Source: an uncultured Chlamydiales bacterium
Lineage (GTDB): Bacteria > Chlamydiota > Chlamydiia > Chlamydiales > Rhabdochlamydiaceae
Assembly: GCA_963700985.1 (NCBI GenBank)
Contig: OY969554.1
Span: 1,856,001 to 1,920,000 of the forward strand
Length of the DNA: 64,000 bases
Direction: 5' to 3'
Positions 9,501-18,434 of this stretch are shown here, one piece after another. Position 1 is the stretch's first letter, and the number at the start of each line of letters is the position of its first letter. The translations under genes were made by a program, and so were the position numbers. The notes under the pieces are model-generated. The model did not search any database, was not told the origin of the DNA, and saw only the letters and a list, made by a program, of their open reading frames with translations.

Positions 9501-11974
9501 CAATCGCCACTTAGTAATATAAGTCTTAATGAATGAGGTATTTTTTGTTTTTGGCCTTGTAAATATTCTACCAGCATTTGCATCGCCATCGGAACTGAAT
9601 TCCAGATGGTTACTTCGTGCTGTTCAATCAACGCAAGCCAATGGTCAGGGTTCTTTATTTTATCTGCATCGGGAATTACGATGGATGCTCCCTCTGATAA
9701 CATACCAAAGATGTCATAGACAGATAGATCGAAGGATAAAGAGGAAAATGCCAGAATTTTATCCTTCTTTGAAATATGAAAACGTCGATTGATGTCGATA
9801 ATAGTGTTCATTGCGGAACGATGTTGGATCATTACACCTTTAGGGTTACCTGTGCTTCCTGAAGTGTAAATCACATAGGCTAAATCGTCGCTTTTTTGAA
9901 TTACTTTTAATGCTTGGGTGTCTTTGGTCTCGAGATAAGTGTCTACGCTAATGAGGTTTATGTTTTGGGGCCATAAGAGGGTATCTTGAAAGTGCTTTTG
10001 TGTTAAAACGATCTTGACTTCTGCTTGGGCTAATAAGTCTTTTAAACGTTGCGGCGGTATTGCGGGGTTGACTGGCAAATAGGCTCCGCCTGCTTTCTGA
10101 ATTGCTAGCACACTGACAATTTGCTCCCATCCCTTATCACAAACTATGGCAATTAATTCCCCAGATTTTATTTTGTGATTTTGAATTTGAAGAGCAAAAT
10201 TATTTGATAAAACATCTAATTCTCTGTACGTTATTTGTTTATTCGAAGTAATTATGGCTATTTCATCTGGATTTTTCTTAGCTTGAATTGAAAAAGGTGT
10301 AATCATTAACTGGCTAGGAATATCAGCTGATGTCGAATTGATCTGATCGCACAAACTCTGCATAACCTGAGAGGTCAAGTTATGTGTTGTTGCTTCCCAA
10401 GCTTTTTGATCCAGTAATTGAAGCAGGAGCCGTTGATACGCTTCAAACATGTCGTCGAGCAAATGTTGAGGAAACAAGGCTTCAATGGCATCCCAGCTAT
10501 AATGTAGTTCCCCATTTTCTTCTGCCACTTGATGATCTAAATAGACTTGTGGAGTTTCAGTAATAGCATATTTTATTTTTCCGAATCTTTCTTTATAAAG
10601 ACTGCCAATTCCCAGCCAACTAGTGAAAACGACAGGCATTAAAGGAAAAGGATTATGCTGGGCTTTTCCAAGCATCCGCAATACTTCTATCCCATGAATA
10701 ACGCTATGACTTAAATCTTCCAGTAATTGTTTTTGTGTTATTTGAGTTCTGTCAAAAAAACTACGGGTGATTGCGTTTTGGACTTCAAGCAAAATCAATG
10801 TTGTAAAATCTCCAACAAGTTGATTAACTTCAGGATGCATCGGAAAACGTCGAAATTGCGTTAAATTTAAAGTGAAATGCGGCGTTTTGCTCCAGTGACC
10901 TAATACTTCACAAAAAACCGTTATTAGTAGTGCTGCAGGGGTAATATTGGCTTCTTGAGCCAGCAACTGCAATTTCTGCCATTGCGTTTTTGTAAGTTTG
11001 CCTTCTCGACGGGAAAAATGAGATTTCTCTTTTAGGCTTTTAGTGAGTATTGGCAGTTCAGGAGGCCCAGGCAAACTTTGGACGCGTGATTGCCAATAGT
11101 TTAAATCATTTTGGTAAGCATCCGTATTTTTTAAAGTTGCTTCAGCTAATACATATTCACGAAAACTAATATCTAAATGTTTCGGTAATTCTTTGGGATT
11201 ATTATAAAGCCTGAATAGCTCATCCATTAAAAGGACGTAGCTCCACGCATCTCCAATTAACAAATCATAGTTAAAATGAATCCGTGTAAGATTGCCAGGC
11301 AGATGGCTGGCTTGCAAAGTAAATAAAGGCCAACGATTTGTGGACAAAACCTCATGCGATAATTCTGCTCGGGTCTTGGCTAGAGAGAGTTTTCTTTCAT
11401 TTTCAGGCAGCTCTCGCAAATCATGACATTCTATACGATAGTATTTAACTTCTCGTAAAATTCGCTGCTGTCCATCTTCTTCAATGATAGCACGCAACAT
11501 ATCATGTCGCTGAATGAGAAGATTCCAAGCTTTTTCAAATCGTTCTAGATCTAAATCTTTTGAGTCAATTTCAACATATATGTGGCAGGATGTCCCTCCC
11601 CAAATAAATTCACTTCTTCTACCCACCCAATATGCTTGCTGAATAGGGCTTAAGGGGAACGGCTCATATCTATTCTGAAGGTCGGCCTCAATTTGCGGAA
11701 TTTCTAAACCCTTATGTGCCTTTTTTGGGGCAATTTTGGCGATGTCCGCTATCGTTTGATTAAAAATATCGAGAATATTTAAATCTAAGTGCAGCTTTTC
11801 GTTAATTTTGTCTGCAATTTGAGCTGCTAGTAGAGAATGACCACCCAGCGCAAAAAAATTATCATGGCGCCCAATCTTTTCAAAGCCAAAGACTTCTTCC
11901 CATATTTTTGTTAGCTTTTCTTCTATTTCCCCTTGAGGAGGCTCGAAAAAACTTTCAGGATTATCATTCGACAT
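6551..11974 (-). CDS. Single-module NRPS: T - heterocyclization (Cy) - A(Cys) with embedded oxidase - T - TE
   Basis: T: FFALGGHSL; Cy: FPLSPIQQAY, DLLIGDAWS, PVVFTS, TPQVYLD; A: YTSGSTGNPKG, SFDLSVYD, TGDLGR; Ox: YFSGGRLYPV, LEAG; T: FNIGGHSL; TE: GWSMGG, GNHY. Confidence 0.93.
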   Translation of the reverse strand: MSNDNPESFFEPPQGEIEEKLTKIWEEVFGFEKIGRHDNFFALGGHSLLAAQIADKINEKLHLDLNILDIFNQTIADIAKIAPKKAHKGLEIPQIEADLQNRYEPFPLSPIQQAYWVGRRSEFIWGGTSCHIYVEIDSKDLDLERFEKAWNLLIQRHDMLRAIIEEDGQQRILREVKYYRIECHDLRELPENERKLSLAKTRAELSHEVLSTNRWPLFTLQASHLPGNLTRIHFNYDLLIGDAWSYVLLMDELFRLYNNPKELPKHLDISFREYVLAEATLKNTDAYQNDLNYWQSRVQSLPGPPELPILTKSLKEKSHFSRREGKLTKTQWQKLQLLAQEANITPAALLITVFCEVLGHWSKTPHFTLNLTQFRRFPMHPEVNQLVGDFTTLILLEVQNAITRSFFDRTQITQKQLLEDLSHSVIHGIEVLRMLGKAQHNPFPLMPVVFTSWLGIGSLYKERFGKIKYAITETPQVYLDHQVAEENGELHYSWDAIEALFPQHLLDDMFEAYQRLLLQLLDQKAWEATTHNLTSQVMQSLCDQINSTSADIPSQLMITPFSIQAKKNPDEIAIITSNKQITYRELDVLSNNFALQIQNHKIKSGELIAIVCDKGWEQIVSVLAIQKAGGAYLPVNPAIPPQRLKDLLAQAEVKIVLTQKHFQDTLLWPQNINLISVDTYLETKDTQALKVIQKSDDLAYVIYTSGSTGNPKGVMIQHRSAMNTIIDINRRFHISKKDKILAFSSLSFDLSVYDIFGMLSEGASIVIPDADKIKNPDHWLALIEQHEVTIWNSVPMAMQMLVEYLQGQKQKIPHSLRLILLSGDWIPLELVPKIHELSSSPIEIISLGGATEASIWSVYYPIKRIEDSWKSIPYGKPLSNQQIWVFDDNLEVRPSWVIGKLYIGGSGLAQGYWKDEKMTRDSFIFHPLTQERLYNTGDLGRYLPSGNIEFLGRDDFQVKISGHRVELGEVEYQLSRNPSVEQAIVDAVGEGAYRQLVAYILPKGIKEEDEMLGQAVIRDFQKKNAFRLKQIGIRQFPSNTKMYPIGSLDNILNFEEKYFYQKRYRKFAEGTLKHRQLVRLLELIPIKETDIEDDTEVVGCNLVTEEGLDQLLSVFAAYAKDLALPNYRYFSGGRLYPVNVYVWLTAQNPCKLAEGVYYYNPILHGLFLVTPTQVDEIRIEFVANLNAISPLYGPLAMRLCELEAGSMQHLLKSACEEKKYSCIEGENDLEEALWLDLLKLDKNHHLLSVFYINSSKTFPSSQNIKSPKVFVYVKPDRFYDLIQGLYIWKDNKLEIIDPSYVLDSYAYGFNADLLNEAAFSIFFIGESNPLVLREVGEQIQKIMENRLEGDIGFYSPLAAISSKAMHSIPLIAPNETFLCGILGGYIDNELKQAPSIPEQNPISKIESQLRKFLKDHLPDYMLPQIYIPIETVPLTINNKVDKKKLGELHKDKVTQKQHQPPKTKIEKQLAKIWSDILKTDEFGINDSFFNIGGHSLLAIQMLSRIKNEFQIEVPLSIVFENPTISALSEVIQQPNENFLASHIVSIQTKGSNTPYFAVHPIGGNAYWYIDLSRSLGKNQPFYGIQQIFIFDKHESIKQMAATYIRAMQQVQPKGPYTLIGWSMGGVIAHEMAYQLEKAGENVARVVLIDSSLWLGKKLYPFDNSAWVLTQFALDVASRYGIVLNISQEELEPLSLDEQIHLLLSKAKEAKVIHEEMGIDQIKQWIYQVQLNARSLKEHLPNIIKSPLLVLVASESIGDIKKIPKNEARTMWSPYTEGGIQVEKISGNHYSLLTKFADEISPLLNESS

Positions 11975-12189
11975 AGTTATTCTCTAAAGACGGCAGATTT
12001 AATTAGTCGAGTTTGTTTTGAGACATACAACTTTTTGATATTTTGAAATATAAGAAAATAGCAATAGTCCTCTTATTTTTTATCCAAGCTTTTATCTTCT
12101 TTCAGCATGTTTAGCGTTCCGCGTCTTATTACTGAGAAACTTTTTGCGCCATCTTCACCCTGACAAAAACTCCTTTTCCCAAGTCCTTA

Positions 12190-14394
12190 TTAGAGGTTGC
12201 CGGTTTGGACGAGATCGCGGTAGGTGCCTGGAGTGCTCTTGAGAGCTTCGTGGTTGCCTCTTTGGATGATTTTGCCTTTAGCAAGGACGATGATCTCATC
12301 GCAGTCACGAATGGAGCTTAGGCGGTGGGCGACCATCACGCATGAGCAGCCGCGCTGGCGAATATTTTGAATGATGGCTTCCTCGGTTTTGGTATCTAAG
12401 GAGCTTGTCGCTTCATCGAGCACGAGAATTTTGGGGTTGAGCAGAAGGCCGCGGGCAATTTCTAACCTCTGCCTTTGCCCGCCCCCGATATTCATGCCTC
12501 TTTCGGTCAATTGATAGGAGTAGCCGCCGGGCTTTTGCATGATTTCCTCGTGGATGCAGGCGTCTTTGGCCGCACGAATAATCTCATCATCACTCACGGT
12601 GTGATCATAGAGAGTAATGTTGTCTTTAATCGTTCCACTGAAGAGAAAGATCTCTTGATCGATTGTTGCAAGCGAAGCGAAGAGATCTTGCCTTGAATGC
12701 TCAAGGCGTGTTTTTCCATCGAAGAGAATATCTCCCGTCCAGGGTTGGACGAGCCCCGAAATCAATCTTCCAATTGTAGTCTTGCCGCACCCGGATGGCC
12801 CTACAAGCGCAATCTTTTGCCCAGGAGTGAGGTGCAAGTTGAAATCTTCGATAAAGGGTGGGTCGAGAGGTGAGTAGCCATAACTGACATTTCGCAATTC
12901 TAAATACCCTTCCAGGCGTTTTATGGGCTCTGTCCTCTCCTTATTCTTCTGAATGTCTTCATCTCTAAATAAGGGGTCGATGGGATTTTTCATGACATCA
13001 TCAATCCGGGCCATATCGATTTTGAGGTTCTGAATCGATTGGCCAAGATCCACGAGCTCTTTTACAGGAGTAGTAAAGTTAGTAATGAATAGTTGTAAGG
13101 AGGTGTAAAGACCCATGGTGAAATTCTCAGTCATGAGCATCCACCCACCAACTCCGAATAGAACTGTTGAAATAAGAGTCTGAGTGAAGGTGGGAAGAGA
13201 GATGCAGAAGACATTGATTTTGCCTAGCCGCTGCTCGGTGTTAAGTGATTTCTTAAAATATCCGATTAGCTTTGAGAAAAAAGCTGATTCATCACCCATC
13301 GCTTTGATCGACTCAATGCAACTTAAGCCTCCAATTGTAAATCCCATGAATTTGCCATAATCCTGTTGCAGCTTTGCATAGGCATCATTGCGACGCTTTT
13401 GCAGGAGCACAACAGCCACAAAATTGAGAGATGTTAACAGAATTACAATCACGGCGATGGTCGCGCTGAAAAGGAACATGAGGCTGGCGTAGATGATCAT
13501 GAAGAGCAGGCTTATGCAAGCAGGGGCAAGCCGGCCTGTGAGCTCATTGATTACTGTATCATTTAAGGAGAGACGATAAGCGATCTCTCCACCATAACGC
13601 TGTTGGAAAAATGTAATCGGAAGCTTAAGAATATGCATTAAATACTGGCCAGAAAGCGCGATGGAGAGCCTTGTATTCAGCCGGGTCAAAAGATATTGCT
13701 GTAGCCAGACCAAGAGTCCCGTCAATAGGACCAGCAGGCACATCGAAAAAATAAACCAATTTGACCAGGAGAACATATGTTTTTCGATGATGATGTCGAA
13801 AAATATCTTGTTAAAGAAAGGATATAGAGCGCCTGCAATCATGATGCAAAAACCGCTGAACAATAGAAAAAAGACCGCGGGTTTTGAATTTTTTAATCTG
13901 TCGAAGACGCCTGGCCAAATTGAAGGTGGCCTTCCAGAAGGTTTGAAGCTCTCAGTTTTAGCAAAAGTAAATACAATGCCGGAATAACTCTCTTCAAATT
14001 CAGAAAAGGGGATCTTTCTTGGACCAGAAGCCGGGTCATTGAGATACACATGGGTTTTCGAAAAACCCTCCACAACAAGAAAGTGACGAAAATCCCAGAG
14101 TACAATGAAGGGCAGTTCGAGTTCTTGTAGCTCCTCCACACTCTTTTTAAAGACTTTGGATTGCAGGCCGTAGGTCTCAGCCGCCTTTTTTATGTTTAGG
14201 GCGTTGCTGCCATCACGAGAGACGCCGCACTCAACCCGAAGCTCTTCTAAAGGGATAAAGTAGCCAAAATAGCCGAGAATGATGCCAAGAGAGGCCGCTC
14301 CACACTCTACGGCTTCCATTTGGATAACCGTCGGAGTTCGGACACGCTTTACGTGGCGCCAAGCTGAAAAAAAGGATTTCAGCTTCTCTATCAT
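12190..14394 (-). CDS. NHLP-type peptidase-containing ABC transporter (C39 peptidase + TMD + ATPase)
   Basis: TPTVIQMEAVECGAA (catalytic Cys), HFLV, NDPASG; Walker A GPSGCGKT; GGGQRQR; LDEATS. Confidence 0.93.
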   Translation of the reverse strand: MIEKLKSFFSAWRHVKRVRTPTVIQMEAVECGAASLGIILGYFGYFIPLEELRVECGVSRDGSNALNIKKAAETYGLQSKVFKKSVEELQELELPFIVLWDFRHFLVVEGFSKTHVYLNDPASGPRKIPFSEFEESYSGIVFTFAKTESFKPSGRPPSIWPGVFDRLKNSKPAVFFLLFSGFCIMIAGALYPFFNKIFFDIIIEKHMFSWSNWFIFSMCLLVLLTGLLVWLQQYLLTRLNTRLSIALSGQYLMHILKLPITFFQQRYGGEIAYRLSLNDTVINELTGRLAPACISLLFMIIYASLMFLFSATIAVIVILLTSLNFVAVVLLQKRRNDAYAKLQQDYGKFMGFTIGGLSCIESIKAMGDESAFFSKLIGYFKKSLNTEQRLGKINVFCISLPTFTQTLISTVLFGVGGWMLMTENFTMGLYTSLQLFITNFTTPVKELVDLGQSIQNLKIDMARIDDVMKNPIDPLFRDEDIQKNKERTEPIKRLEGYLELRNVSYGYSPLDPPFIEDFNLHLTPGQKIALVGPSGCGKTTIGRLISGLVQPWTGDILFDGKTRLEHSRQDLFASLATIDQEIFLFSGTIKDNITLYDHTVSDDEIIRAAKDACIHEEIMQKPGGYSYQLTERGMNIGGGQRQRLEIARGLLLNPKILVLDEATSSLDTKTEEAIIQNIRQRGCSCVMVAHRLSSIRDCDEIIVLAKGKIIQRGNHEALKSTPGTYRDLVQTGNL

Positions 14395-15698
14395 GGATTT
14401 GTGTCCTTAGATAAGTGGCGAAAGATATACGGAGCTATTTTGTCAGGCAAAATGTACATGATGGGGGGCTTTTCATCTGTAATAGTAAGCACTGTGCCTG
14501 TTGTGCCTGAATCGAGTAGCCATGGCGGCCCTTGTCCGGTAGACCAGCGGTAACCACTCTGTGTATGTGGGTCTTGATCTAAGCGGATAATTGCGAGGTA
14601 GACCAGTTTATTGTCATCCTTAAGAAAGTCGACAATGTCTTTGTTTTTTACTTGAGCCATAAGTTCTTGGCTCGTCACAGGGTAAGGCGTGATAAACTGC
14701 GTGGTGCCGAGAAGATAGCCATATTCTTTTGGATCGACACCTGACACTTCGATTTCTGTCTTGAGATTAACATCTAAGCTCTCTCCAAATTCTGCTCCAT
14801 AACAAGCGACATATTGAAGGAGCTGACCTTTTTGAAGCGGCAGTTCCAAAGAAGCAATTTCCATGCCAGAATCGACGTGATCTCCAGCCGAGACGACAAT
14901 CTCTAATACTTTGCCTGTTTTTCCTGCATAAACATTCAAAAACTTATCTTGTAATTCGAGGCGAGCAAGCTCATCTTTTTGGGCATCAATCACAGCTTTC
15001 TTAGCATTGATCTCATCTTGGGCATAAGACTTAGAAAATTGCGCTTGCAGAGATGAAACTTGAGCCATGTTCGACTCAATATCGAGATGCGCTTGCTGAA
15101 GGGCATTTCGCGCATTTTCTACATCGCGAGGTGCTAAAATTCCTATTTGCTCAAGTCGAATTTTGGAAGCTAAATCTTTTTCTAAAAATGGGATCTTACT
15201 TTGGGCAGACTTCATGGCGAGTTGAGTGGCTTCGATCTGCTTTTGGATAGAACTTTTTCGCGCAGCGTCTTCAGATTCTATTCTTACATTATAGGCTTGA
15301 AGATCGTTTTCGCTGACCTGGATTTGTTCTTTTTTCAACTGAATATCGAGCGCAAGGGAGGCGTTTTGTAGCCTTGCGATTAAGGTTCCCTCTCCCACGA
15401 GCTGTCCAGCTGTAGCATAGACTCTATTTACAGTTCCTGCAATCGATGTAGTAATGACATAAGGTCCTTCTTGAGTAAGAGAGATTCCCGAGCCCTTTAC
15501 CTTAATAGGAATGGTTCCAAAGAAACTCCAGACAAGGGCTATGAAGATAATCGCAAACGAAGTGCTGAGCGTGAGCCAGCTTTTAGAGGTGACGATTTGC
15601 ATCAACTCTTCTAAATCTTCGGCAGAAGTCAACCTGGTAAATTTTGCTTTTTCGTTTTCCTTTTCGACAGCTTCAGGATTTGGATTTTCTGCTTCCAT
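14391..15698 (-). CDS. HlyD-family membrane fusion protein of an NHLP export system
   Basis: N-terminal RLTSAEDLEELMQIV + TM + GTIPIKVKGSGI, long coiled coil, C-terminal SGYRWSTGQGP; overlaps the ABC gene. Confidence 0.88.
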   Translation of the reverse strand: MEAENPNPEAVEKENEKAKFTRLTSAEDLEELMQIVTSKSWLTLSTSFAIIFIALVWSFFGTIPIKVKGSGISLTQEGPYVITTSIAGTVNRVYATAGQLVGEGTLIARLQNASLALDIQLKKEQIQVSENDLQAYNVRIESEDAARKSSIQKQIEATQLAMKSAQSKIPFLEKDLASKIRLEQIGILAPRDVENARNALQQAHLDIESNMAQVSSLQAQFSKSYAQDEINAKKAVIDAQKDELARLELQDKFLNVYAGKTGKVLEIVVSAGDHVDSGMEIASLELPLQKGQLLQYVACYGAEFGESLDVNLKTEIEVSGVDPKEYGYLLGTTQFITPYPVTSQELMAQVKNKDIVDFLKDDNKLVYLAIIRLDQDPHTQSGYRWSTGQGPPWLLDSGTTGTVLTITDEKPPIMYILPDKIAPYIFRHLSKDTNP

Positions 15699-15703
15699 GA
15701 TGG

Positions 15704-17347
15704 CTATTCTCCAGGGGCTAATTTACAGCGTTCTTCAATGAAGCACTCAACTGGCGTAGAAGGAGTAGAGAGAACCACCGGATATGTCAATACATCCTCC
15801 ACTTCTGTCACAATTTCACCTTCTCGATCCCAACTGATAAGTGTTCCGGAAAGAAGACGCAGCTGCAGCAAATTCTCTGTAAATAGAGTTTGCGAATTGA
15901 TTAAGCTGAGAAGTGCAGTCAGCCAGTTATTTTCTAAAGTTAATACGACGAAGTAAGAACTGAGACCGTTTTGCAATTTTATTTTCTCCGCTTCCACAGT
16001 CTTTCGATATTCTTCAGCAGCCAGTTGGTTTTTCTTTACTTCTTCGAGCAGGGCGTTTGTGGATGTATAAGAGGTTTTAAAACTAGAGATAATCTGACTC
16101 TCTAAAAGATCCATATTCACGATGGCCTGAGACCTTAAAGCACGCTGCTGTTTGACAAGGCCTCTTGCGGTGTCATTGAAGATCGGGAATGAAAAGGTGA
16201 CTCCAACGGTGTAGTCTTTTTCTGGATTTTGCGCTCTAGTAGAGTCGAACACGTGTCTTGCCCTTCCGAGAGCCGCTGTATTAAGGAAATTCGCTTCACC
16301 GACGAGATCGACAGCTGGCAGAAGCGAATTTTTAGCCGATCTCAAGTTGAGCTCTGCGATTTTAATGAGAAGGTTTGCAGAGAGAATGTCAGCTCGATTA
16401 AAGGGGATTAGGTTGAGTAAGCTGTCATACCAAGTTAGATCTAGACCGCTATAAGTGTTGAAGTCTGGAAAATCCTCTATGTTGAACTCGGGAACCTGCT
16501 GATTTTCGTCAGGAATGAATCCCATGTTGAAAAGCAGAGTGTTATAGGCGGCTTTTAAATTTTGTTCGGCTTGAATTCGATTCGCTGTGGCTAGATTTAG
16601 ATCGGCATGCGGTTGATAAGCAGTTGTGTAGCCCTCTTGCCCCTCTTTAACCAACTCATCCGCATAGCGGGCAATTTCACAAAAACGCATCTCGAGATCT
16701 TTTTGAATAGCTAACACCTTTAAGGCAGAGACGTATTGCCAATACGCCGTAATCGAATTAAAGATCGCATTGGCGATATTCTGCACGTTTTGTAAGCGAA
16801 AGGCTTTGAGTTGTAGCCGCTGCGTCTCTTCGAGAGTAGTCTGTGGACTATACAGAAGGTTGCGCAAGAGCGGCTGATTAACCGATACCCCCACGGTGGT
16901 GGAATCTTGAGGCGAAGGGATAATTGTGGGGTTAATGATGTTGTCATTCGAGAAATTGATCGAATAGGTCGTTCCGAATCGAGAGAGCGTTTGCAACGAG
17001 ACTACGGTATTCGTGGTTCTTCCATGAAAATGGGTTTTATTTCCCGGAGGATTTTGAATATCTCTTTGAAACAGACGTGTTCCTTCTGAGGTTAGCAGGG
17101 GATTAAAAGCTCCCGTTGCCTGTTCAAGCAAGCCCTCTTGAGTCTTAATAGTAAGCTCGGATGTCTGCACAGACCATTGAAACTCAAGGGTATGCATGAT
17201 CACTTCATCCAAAGTAAGCAGAGGCTTTTCTTCCAAATACAGAATGGGCGCAGCGTGAACTGCAAGGGAAAACCCAACGACAAAAGCGATGGATAGATAG
17301 GCGAAAATCATGTCACTTCTGTGATATTTAAAATATTTGCTTGTCAC
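15704..17347 (-). CDS. TolC-family outer membrane protein
   Basis: Signal peptide, LTLDEVI, LLPAVDL, VTFSFPIF, GLSSYFVVL repeats; first gene of TolC-HlyD-ABC operon. Confidence 0.82.
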   Translation of the reverse strand: MTSKYFKYHRSDMIFAYLSIAFVVGFSLAVHAAPILYLEEKPLLTLDEVIMHTLEFQWSVQTSELTIKTQEGLLEQATGAFNPLLTSEGTRLFQRDIQNPPGNKTHFHGRTTNTVVSLQTLSRFGTTYSINFSNDNIINPTIIPSPQDSTTVGVSVNQPLLRNLLYSPQTTLEETQRLQLKAFRLQNVQNIANAIFNSITAYWQYVSALKVLAIQKDLEMRFCEIARYADELVKEGQEGYTTAYQPHADLNLATANRIQAEQNLKAAYNTLLFNMGFIPDENQQVPEFNIEDFPDFNTYSGLDLTWYDSLLNLIPFNRADILSANLLIKIAELNLRSAKNSLLPAVDLVGEANFLNTAALGRARHVFDSTRAQNPEKDYTVGVTFSFPIFNDTARGLVKQQRALRSQAIVNMDLLESQIISSFKTSYTSTNALLEEVKKNQLAAEEYRKTVEAEKIKLQNGLSSYFVVLTLENNWLTALLSLINSQTLFTENLLQLRLLSGTLISWDREGEIVTEVEDVLTYPVVLSTPSTPVECFIEERCKLAPGE

Positions 17348-17432
17348 ATCTTAGACATAGTTGATTCAAATATTTTTTAATAGCTGATTTACCAGTCGTA
17401 TAAAACGAGCAACAAAAGATACAAACGAATAG

Positions 17433-17479
17433 AACAGGATAAGCAAGATAAAAGATTAAAATATCCTTCGTATCCTGTT
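17433..17479. repeat. Intergenic inverted repeat, CAGGAT/ATCCTG family
   Basis: AACAGGATA ... TATCCTGTT arms; related arms at 50591-50636 and 62083-62171. Confidence 0.5.
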
Positions 17480-17483
17480 TTAT

Positions 17484-18434
17484 TTAAACAGGTTGAGTCG
17501 TGCTTAAGGAGGAGGGGAGGACTTCGCAGATGTGGCTTTTTTGATGGCGAAGCAGCATCAGGCGATCGAAGCCCACGGCAACGCCGCAGCATTCAGGGAG
17601 ACCTCGGTCTAGGGCTTGAATGAGAATCTCATCAAGAGGCAGGGGGGCTTTGCCTAGTTTTTGCCTCTCTTCATTGGATGCCAAAAACCGCCGCCGCTGT
17701 TCGACAACGTCAGTCAGCTCATGATAGCCATTAGCCAGTTCGATGCCGTTGAAGTAGACCTCAAAACGTTCGGCAATAGCTTCACCATCGCGAAGGCTCG
17801 TTCGGGCCAGTGCTGCTTGTGAGGCGGGAAAATCGCGAATGATAACTAACTCTTCTTTTGGCAGCTTGGGCTCAACTACAAAACTCATTAGACAATTTAG
17901 CAGAGTGTCGCGGTCCCACTCTTCCTTTTCAAAAGAGAGCGCAAGTTCATGCCTTTTCGCGCAATCGATGAGCTGCTCGATGGATGCCTGCATATAGTCG
18001 ATGCCAGCGTGGGTCTTGAAGATCTCGCGATAGATAAAGGTGGTTGAGGTTTTTTTTCCTAAGAACAATTGGATGAATTCGAGAGTCTCAGAAATCATCT
18101 TCTCAAAGGAAAATCCGCAGCGATACCACTCGACCATGGTAAATTCTGGCTCATGACGCGCGCCGATCTCACCCTTGCGAAAGACGTGGCTGAGTTGATA
18201 GATGTCGCCGATTCCCAAAGAAAGCAGGTGTTTCATGCCATATTCGGGAGAGGTATGGAGATAGCCGTTTTCTCCCTCTTTAACCTTTACTTCCATCACA
18301 TCGATGTGAGTATCGATATTGGCCGACAGGCTTAAAGCAGGACAATCTACTTCAAGCACAGATCTTTCTGCAAAAAAAGAGCGGGATCGCGCGAACATGC
18401 TCGCGCGATCTTTAAGCACATGAATTTTAGACAC
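17484..18434 (-). CDS. epmA: EF-P lysine aminoacylase EpmA (GenX/PoxA)
   Basis: LHTSPEYGMK, FRKGE...HEPEFTMVEWY, ERFEVY, ELANGYHEL, GVAVGFDRL; start moved to GTG 18434 overlapping the efp stop. Confidence 0.92.
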   Translation of the reverse strand: MSKIHVLKDRASMFARSRSFFAERSVLEVDCPALSLSANIDTHIDVMEVKVKEGENGYLHTSPEYGMKHLLSLGIGDIYQLSHVFRKGEIGARHEPEFTMVEWYRCGFSFEKMISETLEFIQLFLGKKTSTTFIYREIFKTHAGIDYMQASIEQLIDCAKRHELALSFEKEEWDRDTLLNCLMSFVVEPKLPKEELVIIRDFPASQAALARTSLRDGEAIAERFEVYFNGIELANGYHELTDVVEQRRRFLASNEERQKLGKAPLPLDEILIQALDRGLPECCGVAVGFDRLMLLRHQKSHICEVLPSSLSTTQPV

